Assembly: GCA_963678315.1 (NCBI GenBank)
Contig: OY782781.1
Location: forward strand, 2,816,001 to 2,880,000
Direction of reading: 5' to 3'
Source: Candidatus Cloacimonadales bacterium
GTDB lineage: Bacteria; Cloacimonadota; Cloacimonadia; Cloacimonadales; JAFGVF01
DNA: 64,000 bases
Shown: positions 49,437 through 58,730 of the stretch, piece after piece
Numbering within the stretch: position 1 is the stretch's first letter
Layout: every line of letters begins with the position of its first letter
Program-made: the position numbers and the translations under genes
The notes under the pieces: model-generated
Seen by the model: only the letters and a program-made list of their open reading frames with translations
What the model was told of the DNA's origin: nothing
Database searches by the model: none

Positions 49437-49592
49437 AATAAAGATAAATAAAATTTTGCTGTCAAGAATTTATTGATATACTTTCTATTATAGAGTTAAT
49501 TTTGCTTGACCTATTATAGCATTTTAAAGATTAGTCACTAAGTGCTATATTTTCAAAATGCAAAGAAACTAGATATTTCAGGAGAAATATAT

Positions 49593-50648
49593 ATGACTAA
49601 CACTCCAAAGTATATTGCTGTAAAAGAGCAAATAAGAGAAAGTATTAAAGACGGTAGCCTAAAAGGTAAAATACCAGGAGAGCGACAGTTAGCAAAACAC
49701 TATAATGTGTCTTATATGACTGTAAGAAGAGCTATCTCAGAGCTTGTTGAAAGCGGAATACTACATAAGTTTGCAACTAAAGGCACTTTCGTTAGCCATA
49801 GTAAAAGCACACCTAAAGTAACTAAAAACATTGGCTTCTTCCTAGACAAAGAGATTAAGCAGGGTATTTCTAGTCCCTATTACTCTTTAGTATTTAATGC
49901 TCTTGAACAAGAAGCACTTAAGATTGGTTATCACCTAATTCTTTTTTCTGAATTCGATGATCTTAACCCGGTAAATAGCATGAAAAAAATCGATGGTGTA
50001 ATCCTAAGTTGCTTCCCTAGGTTAGAACCTAAGATACAAGAACTTAAAAAGCTACTTCCAATTGTTCTAATAGACAATATTTCTTCAGATAAATCTATCC
50101 CTTCAGTAACTATTGACAACTTCAATGGTATTTATGAAGCAGTAGAATATTTGTGTGAACTGAATCACAAAAGAATTGCTTTTATTACTGGACTATTAGA
50201 TTCTAACATATACAATGAGCGTATCTTAGGCTACGAACATTCTTTAGTTGCTAATGGTATCGAACCAGATGAATCATTAACTTACAGAGGAGATTATTCT
50301 TATCAATCTGGAGAAGATGCTGCTATGTATTTCCTATCCTTAAAAAACCCTCCTACTGCTATAATGTGTGCTAACGATACAATGGCAATAGGAGCTATAA
50401 AAGTCGTTAGAGAAAAAGGCTTGGACGTTCCTCAAGACGTTAGTATAATAGGCTTTGATGACATTGAAGTCTCTTCTAAAATGTTCCCAGGACTTACAAC
50501 TTTAGCAGCCCCAATAGAAAAGATAGCTAAGGAAGCAGTTACTCTCTTAGTTAGTGTTATAGAGGGTGAAAATAAAGATTACAAGCATATAATATTACCT
50601 ACCGAATTAGTTAAAAGAGGAACTTGTACATTGATACAAAACAACTAG
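49593..50648 (+). CDS. GntR-HTH plus LacI-type sugar-binding transcriptional regulator (AraR-like)
   Basis: KIPGERQLA..YNVS.MTVRRAI wHTH; periplasmic-binding-fold C-terminus (CANDTMAIG, VPQDVSIIGFDD). Confidence 0.9.
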   Translation: MTNTPKYIAVKEQIRESIKDGSLKGKIPGERQLAKHYNVSYMTVRRAISELVESGILHKFATKGTFVSHSKSTPKVTKNIGFFLDKEIKQGISSPYYSLVFNALEQEALKIGYHLILFSEFDDLNPVNSMKKIDGVILSCFPRLEPKIQELKKLLPIVLIDNISSDKSIPSVTIDNFNGIYEAVEYLCELNHKRIAFITGLLDSNIYNERILGYEHSLVANGIEPDESLTYRGDYSYQSGEDAAMYFLSLKNPPTAIMCANDTMAIGAIKVVREKGLDVPQDVSIIGFDDIEVSSKMFPGLTTLAAPIEKIAKEAVTLLVSVIEGENKDYKHIILPTELVKRGTCTLIQNN

Positions 50649-50948
50649 TTCTTCATCAGCAATTTAAGATAAATCCTTTTCACCACTACACTTTGATAGA
50701 CTGCTATCAAATAAAAGTCAAAAATACTATAGCAATAATAACTATTTAACTATAGAGTTGAAACTTACCCCTCTTAATCACATCTTCTTAATGCTATCAC
50801 ATAATATATTTATTCAATCTTGCACACTAGCGTCCCATATAGCTCCTTTTTTCATATAGAATTACTAATCAACACTTTAAAGGAGAAAATTTTATGATTA
50901 TTGATATCCGGATAATACTAGATATCAACATAACAGATAAAATACTTC

Positions 50949-50987
50949 TTGACAATTAGCAATAGTGGATTAAACTGCTATATAGTA
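50949..50987 (+). promoter_or_regulatory. Sigma70-like promoter with an overlapping operator
   Basis: TTGACA-N16-TAAACT followed by TGCTATATAGTA. Confidence 0.55.
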
Positions 50988-51033
50988 GCTAAGCATTTTA
51001 CTACAAAACATCATAAGTCCGGGGAGTGATATT

Positions 51034-54000
51034 ATGTTAAAACTTGTTAATTTTAGAACGAAAAGTACATTACTTTTAATCATTTTTACATTACTATTTT
51101 CATTTCTATTCTCTAGCCCAACAAGCAAGGCAAATCTTGTAAACACTTACAATGATTCGGGGGGATGGAAACTTCAAGTTGATGGCGAAGACTATTTTGT
51201 GAAAGGTATAGTTTGGGGTTATACACCAATCGGAGAAAACTATTCCTACAATCTTTGGGCAAATAACGATGAGCAGATAATGAAAGTATTAGATTATGAA
51301 TGTTCATTAATGCAAAAGGCTGGGATTAATACTATAAGGTCTTTTGGAATGATACCACCTAAATGGGTTACCTATATCTATGATAAGTATGGTATCATGA
51401 CTATTATCAATCATTTAATGGGAAGATATGGCTATAATGTTGCTGGTGTTTGGATACCAAAAACTAATTATGCTGATAAGCTCACCAGAGAAACATTGAC
51501 AAAAGATTTTGTTGATTTAGTTCAACAATATAAAGAAGTTCCTGGTGTTCTTATGTTCGCTTTAGGTAATGAAAGCAATTACGGTTTAGAATGGTCTAGC
51601 TTCGAGATAGAAAATCTTCCTGTTGGGGAACAGCATAAAGAGAAAGCTAAATCTCTCTATAGTCTTTTCAATGACGTAATTGTAGAAGCTAAGAAAGTAA
51701 ACTCTAATCACCCATATATTATAGTTAATGGAGATATTCAGTATCTTGATTTGATAGTTGATTTATGTCCTGATTTAGATATTCTTGGGGTCAATGCTTA
51801 TCGTGGAATTAGCTTTACTGATATGTGGCAAAGAGTTGATGCAGAAGCAAATCTACCTATACTTTTAACAGAATTTGGTTCTGATGCTTTCAATGCACTT
51901 ACTTTTGCAGAAGACCAAGATGGTCAAGCAGAGATTGTTAAAGGTAATTGGGTTGAAATATACAACAAGTCTTATGATAAAGATGAAGAAGGGAATGCTC
52001 TTGGTGGCTGTCTTTTTGAATGGCGTGACGAGTGGTGGAAATACCTACAGGTTGAAAACCTTGATGTTCAAGACAATCATGCATCATGGAGTAATGGTGG
52101 TTACTATTTTGACTATAGACAAGGTGTCAACAACATGAATGAAGAGTGGTTTGGTATTTGTGGATTGGCTGGTCCAAATGATGATGGCGTGTTTGAAGCA
52201 ATCCCTAGAACTGCTTATGATGTTATGACAGCTATGTGGAAAATAGATCCATATAAGACTTCAAAAACAGATATGAATCACTATTTTGACAAGCTAGATA
52301 TGAAAGTTTACTCTCTCGGTGGACAAGTTACTAAATTGCTTTCAGAAAGTAAAAAGAATAAGTATTTTTATCTAAAAGGTGGAAGTTTAGAAGGAGACAT
52401 GGTATTCAACGGTCTCTCAGAAGACATCGAAAATGATGGTAAGGATGGTCTTAACTTCTCCAATGGTGAAATGCTTTACTTAGATTTCGGATTCCAACCA
52501 ACCAGCCGAATAAATGGTGAGTTTACTCTTAATATTCTTGGTAATGTAGTCGATAAACCTATGGATGAATATTATGGCAAACGTGGTTTAGCTTATAATA
52601 CTGTTGTTTCTGAATTAGACGACAATAATTTACCAGTCTTATCTGAGCAAGAAGTTACAGACAATGAAAGAGTGGAGATATATAGTTTTAAGGCTCACTA
52701 TCATAATGACAATTATGATTTAACAGCTTTCTATCATGTTCCTAGATATCATTGGGGATATGATGGGGACTTCTTTGGATTAATGTGGGAAGCTACAGAT
52801 ATGGAAGGAATGGATATTTGGAATGCTAAAGCTCCTTATGGAATGGAATTCGAAGGAAAAAAAGGACTTTCTGGATTAACTGTAGTTGCTGGACCTGAAG
52901 TTTACTGGGGAGCTAACCCAAAAGCAATCGTAAAATATAACTTTGGTAGCGATAGATTTAAATACACTTTCGTTCATTCTGAAGACTTTACCCAGGCTGA
53001 AGCTTCTTCAACTGCTACAGAAGCTACTGACAAAGCAACCAGACAAACAGCCTTATCATTAGAAACTAATGTCATCCCAAGAACAAAGATTGAATTGGGT
53101 TATCTCTTCTCAGGTAGTGAAAAGATAGATGATGAATTTTACTATTATGATGATGAAATGCTTTATCAAGATAAGATTGACATAGAGGATACTCAAGCAT
53201 TTAAAGCTAAGATTACTTTCACTGCACCATGGGCAATAGTCTTAGATGCCTCATTTAACTATGCAGGTTTAGTAGCTAATTCAGGTTCCCCTTTACGTGA
53301 ATTCGACACTGAAATGCCATATTCTTCCTTAGGTAATAAAATGGTATATGAAGCAGGTTTAATAGTTCCTATCGGCAACTTCTTCCTTCTTCCAAGAGCT
53401 ATGTATAGAGAGAATTTAATCGAAGCTAACCCAACTATTGAGGCTACATCAAATGCCTTAGATATATTCCCAGGTCTTACCCCAAGAAACCTTGAGTCTG
53501 ATCCATTTGCTGTTCTTGACAATAGAAAAGCACAGTCAGCAGAATTTTTCTTCTCATACGACCCAACTCCTGCAAGTTCTTTTTATGCTTGGGACTACGA
53601 GAAACGTGAAGATGCAAGCTTAGCTTTTAGTTTAGGTGGTAATTACACTAAGTATGAAACAGAAACAGATGCAAACCTCTTCTACTATCAAGAAGGTGGC
53701 TTTAATGCTCCATTTGGTGCTGGACTTCCTGCCGATGAAGTATGGTTAGGAAAGCTTAAAATGGTTATAAATCCTACAGCTAATGTTAGGTTAATCACTA
53801 ATATTAGCGCTGGAAAACAACAATCTTCTGGAACTCCGGAAGGAGAAGCTGCAGAATTTAGTGAAGTATCATCAAAACTAATCTTATCAAAGAAACACTA
53901 TCTAGAAGCTTATGTTAAAAAAGATGCCTGGGGACCACTTGATTGGTACAGACAGTTTAACATCACCTTCCCTTATCAATATATGTTAGACTATTCCTAC

Positions 54001-54156
54001 TTGATAGATAATCTACTTAGTGATACTTCCTCAAGTAGAATCGGATTTAGAGCTATCATGCGTGAACTCAATTCTGATTCTCCAACAAACGAAGGATTAG
54101 ATGTTCCAAGTGATTATGAGTTCCAAGCAGGAATTTACTACAAAATGGCATTTTAA
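51034..54156 (+). CDS. Clan GH-A TIM-barrel glycoside hydrolase (GH2/GH158-like) fused to a probable outer-membrane beta-barrel
   Basis: Signal peptide; GINTIR, LGNE, TEFG and FEWRDEWWK motifs; ~600-aa amphipathic beta-strand C-terminus ending YYKMAF. Confidence 0.72.
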   Translation: MLKLVNFRTKSTLLLIIFTLLFSFLFSSPTSKANLVNTYNDSGGWKLQVDGEDYFVKGIVWGYTPIGENYSYNLWANNDEQIMKVLDYECSLMQKAGINTIRSFGMIPPKWVTYIYDKYGIMTIINHLMGRYGYNVAGVWIPKTNYADKLTRETLTKDFVDLVQQYKEVPGVLMFALGNESNYGLEWSSFEIENLPVGEQHKEKAKSLYSLFNDVIVEAKKVNSNHPYIIVNGDIQYLDLIVDLCPDLDILGVNAYRGISFTDMWQRVDAEANLPILLTEFGSDAFNALTFAEDQDGQAEIVKGNWVEIYNKSYDKDEEGNALGGCLFEWRDEWWKYLQVENLDVQDNHASWSNGGYYFDYRQGVNNMNEEWFGICGLAGPNDDGVFEAIPRTAYDVMTAMWKIDPYKTSKTDMNHYFDKLDMKVYSLGGQVTKLLSESKKNKYFYLKGGSLEGDMVFNGLSEDIENDGKDGLNFSNGEMLYLDFGFQPTSRINGEFTLNILGNVVDKPMDEYYGKRGLAYNTVVSELDDNNLPVLSEQEVTDNERVEIYSFKAHYHNDNYDLTAFYHVPRYHWGYDGDFFGLMWEATDMEGMDIWNAKAPYGMEFEGKKGLSGLTVVAGPEVYWGANPKAIVKYNFGSDRFKYTFVHSEDFTQAEASSTATEATDKATRQTALSLETNVIPRTKIELGYLFSGSEKIDDEFYYYDDEMLYQDKIDIEDTQAFKAKITFTAPWAIVLDASFNYAGLVANSGSPLREFDTEMPYSSLGNKMVYEAGLIVPIGNFFLLPRAMYRENLIEANPTIEATSNALDIFPGLTPRNLESDPFAVLDNRKAQSAEFFFSYDPTPASSFYAWDYEKREDASLAFSLGGNYTKYETETDANLFYYQEGGFNAPFGAGLPADEVWLGKLKMVINPTANVRLITNISAGKQQSSGTPEGEAAEFSEVSSKLILSKKHYLEAYVKKDAWGPLDWYRQFNITFPYQYMLDYSYLIDNLLSDTSSSRIGFRAIMRELNSDSPTNEGLDVPSDYEFQAGIYYKMAF

Positions 54157-54167
54157 GGACTACTATT

Positions 54168-54779
54168 ATGAAAAAAATACTTATAATATTTATAACTTTA
54201 TTAATTATCGTTGCTTGTGAAGTTAAAGAAGGAAATCAGATTACTGGTCTTGATTTACCTCTTGATAATGAACTGGTTCTTTATGGAGAAAATGAAGGTA
54301 TTTATCCTAGTACTTCTATCTTAGATAACGAGAATAACCCTTATGCTAATGCAAATATCTCAGCTGAACAAGCTTGGGATTTCTTGGAAGACTGCCCTTC
54401 TCCTAAAGCAAAGTTCTACCTTTGGGGAACAATGCTAGCTAAAATATCAACTGGTGAATATCAGTATTTTACAGCTCAAGCTCTCCATGAGCTATATACA
54501 GTTAGTGGTAGCCAAAACGCTAAAGAACAAGCTAAAAAAGCTTACCGTTCTGTACTAGACAACTTCTTCACATCTACTACTTGGTATGAAGCCTGGTGGA
54601 TTCAAGAAGAAACAGTCTATGCTGTAGAATTAAATAATCTAGTTGGACAAAGCATGTATGACCCAACAGAATTAAATCTACTACCACTTTATAATGATCC
54701 TGTCTTAGCACTTCAAGATTTATCTTTATGGGGCTATGTTTATGATCCAGAAACAAAAACCATTTCAAGAATAAATTAA
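54168..54779 (+). CDS. Hypothetical lipoprotein
   Basis: Lipobox IVAC; 11 bp downstream of the GH-barrel gene. Confidence 0.8.
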   Translation: MKKILIIFITLLIIVACEVKEGNQITGLDLPLDNELVLYGENEGIYPSTSILDNENNPYANANISAEQAWDFLEDCPSPKAKFYLWGTMLAKISTGEYQYFTAQALHELYTVSGSQNAKEQAKKAYRSVLDNFFTSTTWYEAWWIQEETVYAVELNNLVGQSMYDPTELNLLPLYNDPVLALQDLSLWGYVYDPETKTISRIN

Positions 54780-54820
54780 TAGCTAAAAGATTAGACTTGT
54801 AATCTTAAATCTTGCTTTAA

Positions 54821-54981
54821 CCCATTTGATGCAGTAGGCTTCTCGTGAAGAGTGCAGATTATTTCAGCAAAATAAGTTACAGAATCGAAGTTTGAATAAT
54901 ATATATTCTAGCTGAGATTATGGAAGTTATTCTTGCCAAATAATATAGTACTATTCTAGAAGTTCTACTGTATTAGATGGG
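54821..54981 (+). mobile_element. 161-bp palindromic MITE-like element, intron-free copy
   Basis: CCCA...TGGG ends flanked by TTTAA direct repeats (54816-54820 and 54982-54986); about 85% identical (hand count 137/161) to the copy at 60829-60638. Confidence 0.75.
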
Positions 54982-54994
54982 TTTAATATTAAGC

Positions 54995-55209
54995 GCTTCC
55001 TGCATCAAATAACAAATTAATGCAGGAGGAGCAAGGGCGCATAGGCAGTATTGAGTGGGTAGTAGGACTTCAAGTTGCTAGATTTCTAATAGCATTCGAG
55101 TCAGATGCTATCCATAAAAACCCCGAAGGGGTGGTATGTATTAGCATTGGGTCTTGTACCCCATGTAAATATGAAATAAAATCCAGCCCTAAAAGGGCGA
55201 CATAAAGAG
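54995..55209 (-). repeat. Composite palindromic intergenic repeat, copy C
   Basis: Reverse complement of the GCCCT..AGGGC, CATGGGGT, ACCCCTTCGGGGT and CCTGCAT modules. Confidence 0.88.
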
Positions 55210-55300
55210 TAAAGAACAACCGTTAATCTAGAAGTTAGGAGTTTTAGTAATACTAGTTTATCCCAAGAATAATTTTTTTAGTTTCTTCTATTTTTGATAT

Positions 55301-55328
55301 AAAAAAAGGCTGACACTTGGTCAGCCCT
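55301..55328 (-). terminator. Intrinsic terminator
   Basis: GGGCTGAC-CAAGT-GTCAGCCT followed by a T-run, downstream of the C25 gene. Confidence 0.75.
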
Positions 55329-55394
55329 TCATTAATATTCAATTATGAATTACCTGCCTGTCGACAGACAAGTCAATTATTCATTAATATGATA

Positions 55395-57845
55395 TTACTT
55401 CAAGAGTAACAGTTTTTTTCTAAATGAATACTTATATGTCTTGATGTCTAAGAAATAAATAGCAGAAGATACTTCTTCATTATTATCATTTACACCATTC
55501 CAATGAACTGTGTGCTTGCCTACTTGGCACTCCTCATCTATCAATGTTCTAACTTTCTGACCTTTGATGTTATATATTTTGGCACAAACATTACTTTTTT
55601 TATCTAAGCAAAATGAAATACTAGTTGTTGGATTAAATGGGTTAGGATAAACTTGAACATTCAGTTGGGCTGGGATAGAATCATCAGCATTGCTAGTTAT
55701 ATTGACATCAAGTTCACTAAAATGGAAAGCTTCTTTGCAGTTACTATCCTCGAGCCTGTTGAGAATCACATGATTACCATTATTTAATGGAATATTAAAT
55801 TGAGAAGATACAATCTCATCACTCACTAAGCTAGAATATTCGTCCATCCAGAAGGTTTCCCAATAATAATCTGTCTCAATATCATAGCTATTCATAATAT
55901 ATTCAGTTTCAGTATTAACATTATAAATTGGACCATTAGAAGATGTTACAGAAGCTATTTGACCAATGTAACCATGAGTATCACTTCCTTCTAGTATTAT
56001 TCTTGGAACATTGTCTTGTTCGATGAAATTCGGTTTAGCTGGCAATATAAGACCAGCATCAGTAAGAGCAACAAACCTAAAATAGCCTGCTTGAATAAAT
56101 GTGTTCCCCATGTCTTGACTTGCAAGATACTTGATTTTGGCTTCTCTATATAAATCTCCCATCGTAGGATTTTCTAATTCTCTATAAGCCTCTAAATAGT
56201 AGTATATCAAAGCAAAAGTATCATTCACCCCAATATAGCTTATATTACCATGATCAACGTTGTAATCACTCATCCCATAATTTGATCTAGAACCACCAAT
56301 ATAGGCTATAGCTCCACCTTTTGAACGTATCAAGGCTTCACCAAATGATTCCCCTGCCCAATCTCCGTGATATATTTCAGTATCATAAGCTCCATTTCTA
56401 CAAGCTACTGATAGAAATATCGGTAAGCGATCTTTACTAGGATAGGATTGAACGTCCTCTACACTAATTGCTGAATTATCATCAAAATGAACAGCACCAC
56501 CAGAACCATGGGAAACATGCATCTGCCACAAAAAGTCATCATTCTTTAAATGATTAGTCATATCGCTCTCTGTAAAGTTGCCCTTAGTTTCATAGAATTT
56601 GTCAATATTATAACCAGAGAGTAAATCATCGCATATTACTTGGTTTGACATTAGCTCTCCACAGAAATAAGGTAATCCAAACGGAATACCTCCTGCTACT
56701 GCAGCATTGTACACCCAGGAAGAATCCCAAGAATCAACCCATCTTATCATCTTATGGTAATAATTACTTAACTCTTGCAAGGAAGACACGGTTACTCTAC
56801 TTGTTCCAAAATTATCTACCAGGTCATAATCTGGTGACGAATAATAGTGGTCAGAAGGAATCCAACCATCATATTCCATATCTTCAAAAGGTACAAGATA
56901 AGGGTAATAAAAGTAGTATGAAGGAGGAAGTATATGCCCTGAACCAAGCAATGTTACATTCTCTAAATATGGATGCTTACTATTATCTCTTAAGTAGGCA
57001 ATAATCTTTTTAGCTAATGAAAAATCATAGTTTTCTATATTTTGGTTTTCGGTATTTGCTATTCCAGTTAATTGAGGGTTTTCAACTTCTTCATAGCTAG
57101 AACTAATATCTTCTAAAGTTATGACATCAGTAGCAATACCATTATTACCATGAAAAGTAGCTATTGAATCTGCCACTAATGCCCATGCTTCCGGACAAAT
57201 TAAAAGATGTGATGCATTAGTCGAAGGTATATCTCTAGTATTAGTAAATTTACAGTTCTGTTTTCTTTGACCATAAATCTTGATCTTGTAATCTTTCAAT
57301 AAATAGATTTTTTGATTTTCCTGAACCCATTGAAGAGGCCTTAACTGTATAAATACTTTAGTTTCTTTCCCATCAAAACCTACACTATAACTAAACCACT
57401 TACCAGGACTAACTTCATCTGCTGATTTTGAAGCTATCATTGAAGTTGAAACTCTATTCTTCCACTTTACTTGCCTCAAGTTTATAGCTAATTTGTCTTC
57501 TAATTTTGTTTGTAAGATAGTTTGTTCAAGTAGTTCTAAACCTGTAATATCATAGTTTCCTTTAAAAGTCAAAGATATTTGCTTCTGTGGTAAGGCAGGG
57601 TTATTTGCTATTGCCTTATTCTGTAATCCTTCAAGTTTAACAACTAAACCATTTGAAGATTCTCTTACCGATAAATCCCCAAATTCTCCTGATAACTCTT
57701 TTATAGTCCCACTCCGTTCCCCTACTAAGCTTCCTATTACTAGCTCATCTGATGATTCCTCAACCTTAGTCATTTCTAAATAGTCAGCCCCAAATAAACT
57801 CATCCCCAACAAAAAAAACATGAATAATAACATTTTTCTATACAT
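55395..57845 (-). CDS. Peptidase C25 (gingipain-like) with propeptide and a FlgD/T9SS-like C-terminal domain
   Basis: Signal peptide; SDHYY, HVSHG and SVAC (His/Cys dyad), GAIAYIG motifs; YPNPFNPTT...YNIKGQKV. Confidence 0.85.
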   Translation of the reverse strand: MYRKMLLFMFFLLGMSLFGADYLEMTKVEESSDELVIGSLVGERSGTIKELSGEFGDLSVRESSNGLVVKLEGLQNKAIANNPALPQKQISLTFKGNYDITGLELLEQTILQTKLEDKLAINLRQVKWKNRVSTSMIASKSADEVSPGKWFSYSVGFDGKETKVFIQLRPLQWVQENQKIYLLKDYKIKIYGQRKQNCKFTNTRDIPSTNASHLLICPEAWALVADSIATFHGNNGIATDVITLEDISSSYEEVENPQLTGIANTENQNIENYDFSLAKKIIAYLRDNSKHPYLENVTLLGSGHILPPSYYFYYPYLVPFEDMEYDGWIPSDHYYSSPDYDLVDNFGTSRVTVSSLQELSNYYHKMIRWVDSWDSSWVYNAAVAGGIPFGLPYFCGELMSNQVICDDLLSGYNIDKFYETKGNFTESDMTNHLKNDDFLWQMHVSHGSGGAVHFDDNSAISVEDVQSYPSKDRLPIFLSVACRNGAYDTEIYHGDWAGESFGEALIRSKGGAIAYIGGSRSNYGMSDYNVDHGNISYIGVNDTFALIYYYLEAYRELENPTMGDLYREAKIKYLASQDMGNTFIQAGYFRFVALTDAGLILPAKPNFIEQDNVPRIILEGSDTHGYIGQIASVTSSNGPIYNVNTETEYIMNSYDIETDYYWETFWMDEYSSLVSDEIVSSQFNIPLNNGNHVILNRLEDSNCKEAFHFSELDVNITSNADDSIPAQLNVQVYPNPFNPTTSISFCLDKKSNVCAKIYNIKGQKVRTLIDEECQVGKHTVHWNGVNDNNEEVSSAIYFLDIKTYKYSFRKKLLLLK

Positions 57846-58067
57846 GCCATTTCTCCTTTTCCAAAACTTAGCTTACAATAGCATATTTAAGATGTAAAGG
57901 CAAGAAAATTCTTATGAGTAGTTATAATTGTGATCTGAACGGTTGATTTCTGTTAATCTATCATGAAGTAATCACATAATTAAACTTGTATAATATTTAC
58001 GGTATTTCTTTTTCCTTGCCAAATTATCTATTCATATTAGTTTTAAAAGAAAACTAAAGGAATTAGA

Positions 58068-58667
58068 ATGTCTTTTTTAGATAGTCCTGATATGGCATAC
58101 TTATTGCCAATAATAATATTCTTATCAAGAATTGTTGATGTTTCACTGGGAACACTTAGAATTATATTTGTTAATCGTGGTATGCGTTACATTGCCCCTG
58201 TTATAGGGTTTTTTGAAGTGCTAATATGGTTAATTGTTATTGGCCAGATTATGCAAAGAATTTCTAGTCCAATTAATTACATTTCTTATGCAGCTGGCTT
58301 TGCTGCAGGTAATTATATAGGTATTTTGCTAGAATCTAAGTTAGCAGTTGGACTTACCATGCTAAGAATCATTACTAGAACTAGAGCTAAAGAACTTATT
58401 GTCTCACTCAGAGAAATGGGATATCGTGTTACTCATGTTCCAGCTGAAGCGAACTCTGGTAAAGTACAAGTTATCTTCTTACCAACAAGAAGAAAAGAAA
58501 TTCCTAAACTAATAAATATTGTTCAAGCATATAACCCTAATGCTCTTTATACTATTGAAGATATGCGTTCAGTTTCTATGTGGTCTATACCAGGGACCCA
58601 ATTAAATACCAACAGAAGAGACAGACCTTATTGGAGACTTTATAGGTTTAAAAGAAAAGGGAAGTAG
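58068..58667 (+). CDS. DUF2179/UPF0316 membrane protein
   Basis: RIVDVSLGTLRI, GFFEVLIW and YAAGFAAGNYIG motifs. Confidence 0.88.
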   Translation: MSFLDSPDMAYLLPIIIFLSRIVDVSLGTLRIIFVNRGMRYIAPVIGFFEVLIWLIVIGQIMQRISSPINYISYAAGFAAGNYIGILLESKLAVGLTMLRIITRTRAKELIVSLREMGYRVTHVPAEANSGKVQVIFLPTRRKEIPKLINIVQAYNPNALYTIEDMRSVSMWSIPGTQLNTNRRDRPYWRLYRFKRKGK

Positions 58668-58687
58668 ATATTCTCTTTAGCCCTACT

Positions 58688-58724
58688 TCTACCTTTAAGA
58701 AATAGGCTTTTTCTTAAAGGTAGA
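58688..58724. terminator. 15-bp-stem hairpin after the DUF2179 gene
   Basis: TCTACCTTTAAGAAA-N7-TTTCTTAAAGGTAGA. Confidence 0.6.
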
Positions 58725-58730
58725 GTTAAA

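Noticed and set aside
50894..50959. 21-aa Ile-rich ORF with an AAGGAG RBS (MIIDIRIILDINITDKILLDN)
   Set aside because: It overlaps the downstream -35 box, has no attenuator hairpin and no amino-acid biosynthesis context; probably chance in AT-rich DNA.
54813..54987. 161-bp palindrome as an integron attC site (AAC...GTT ends)
   Set aside because: The ends, CTTTAAC and GTTTAAT, miss the RYYYAAC/GTTRRRY consensus. There is no integrase or cassette array, and the better-folding strand is the top strand.
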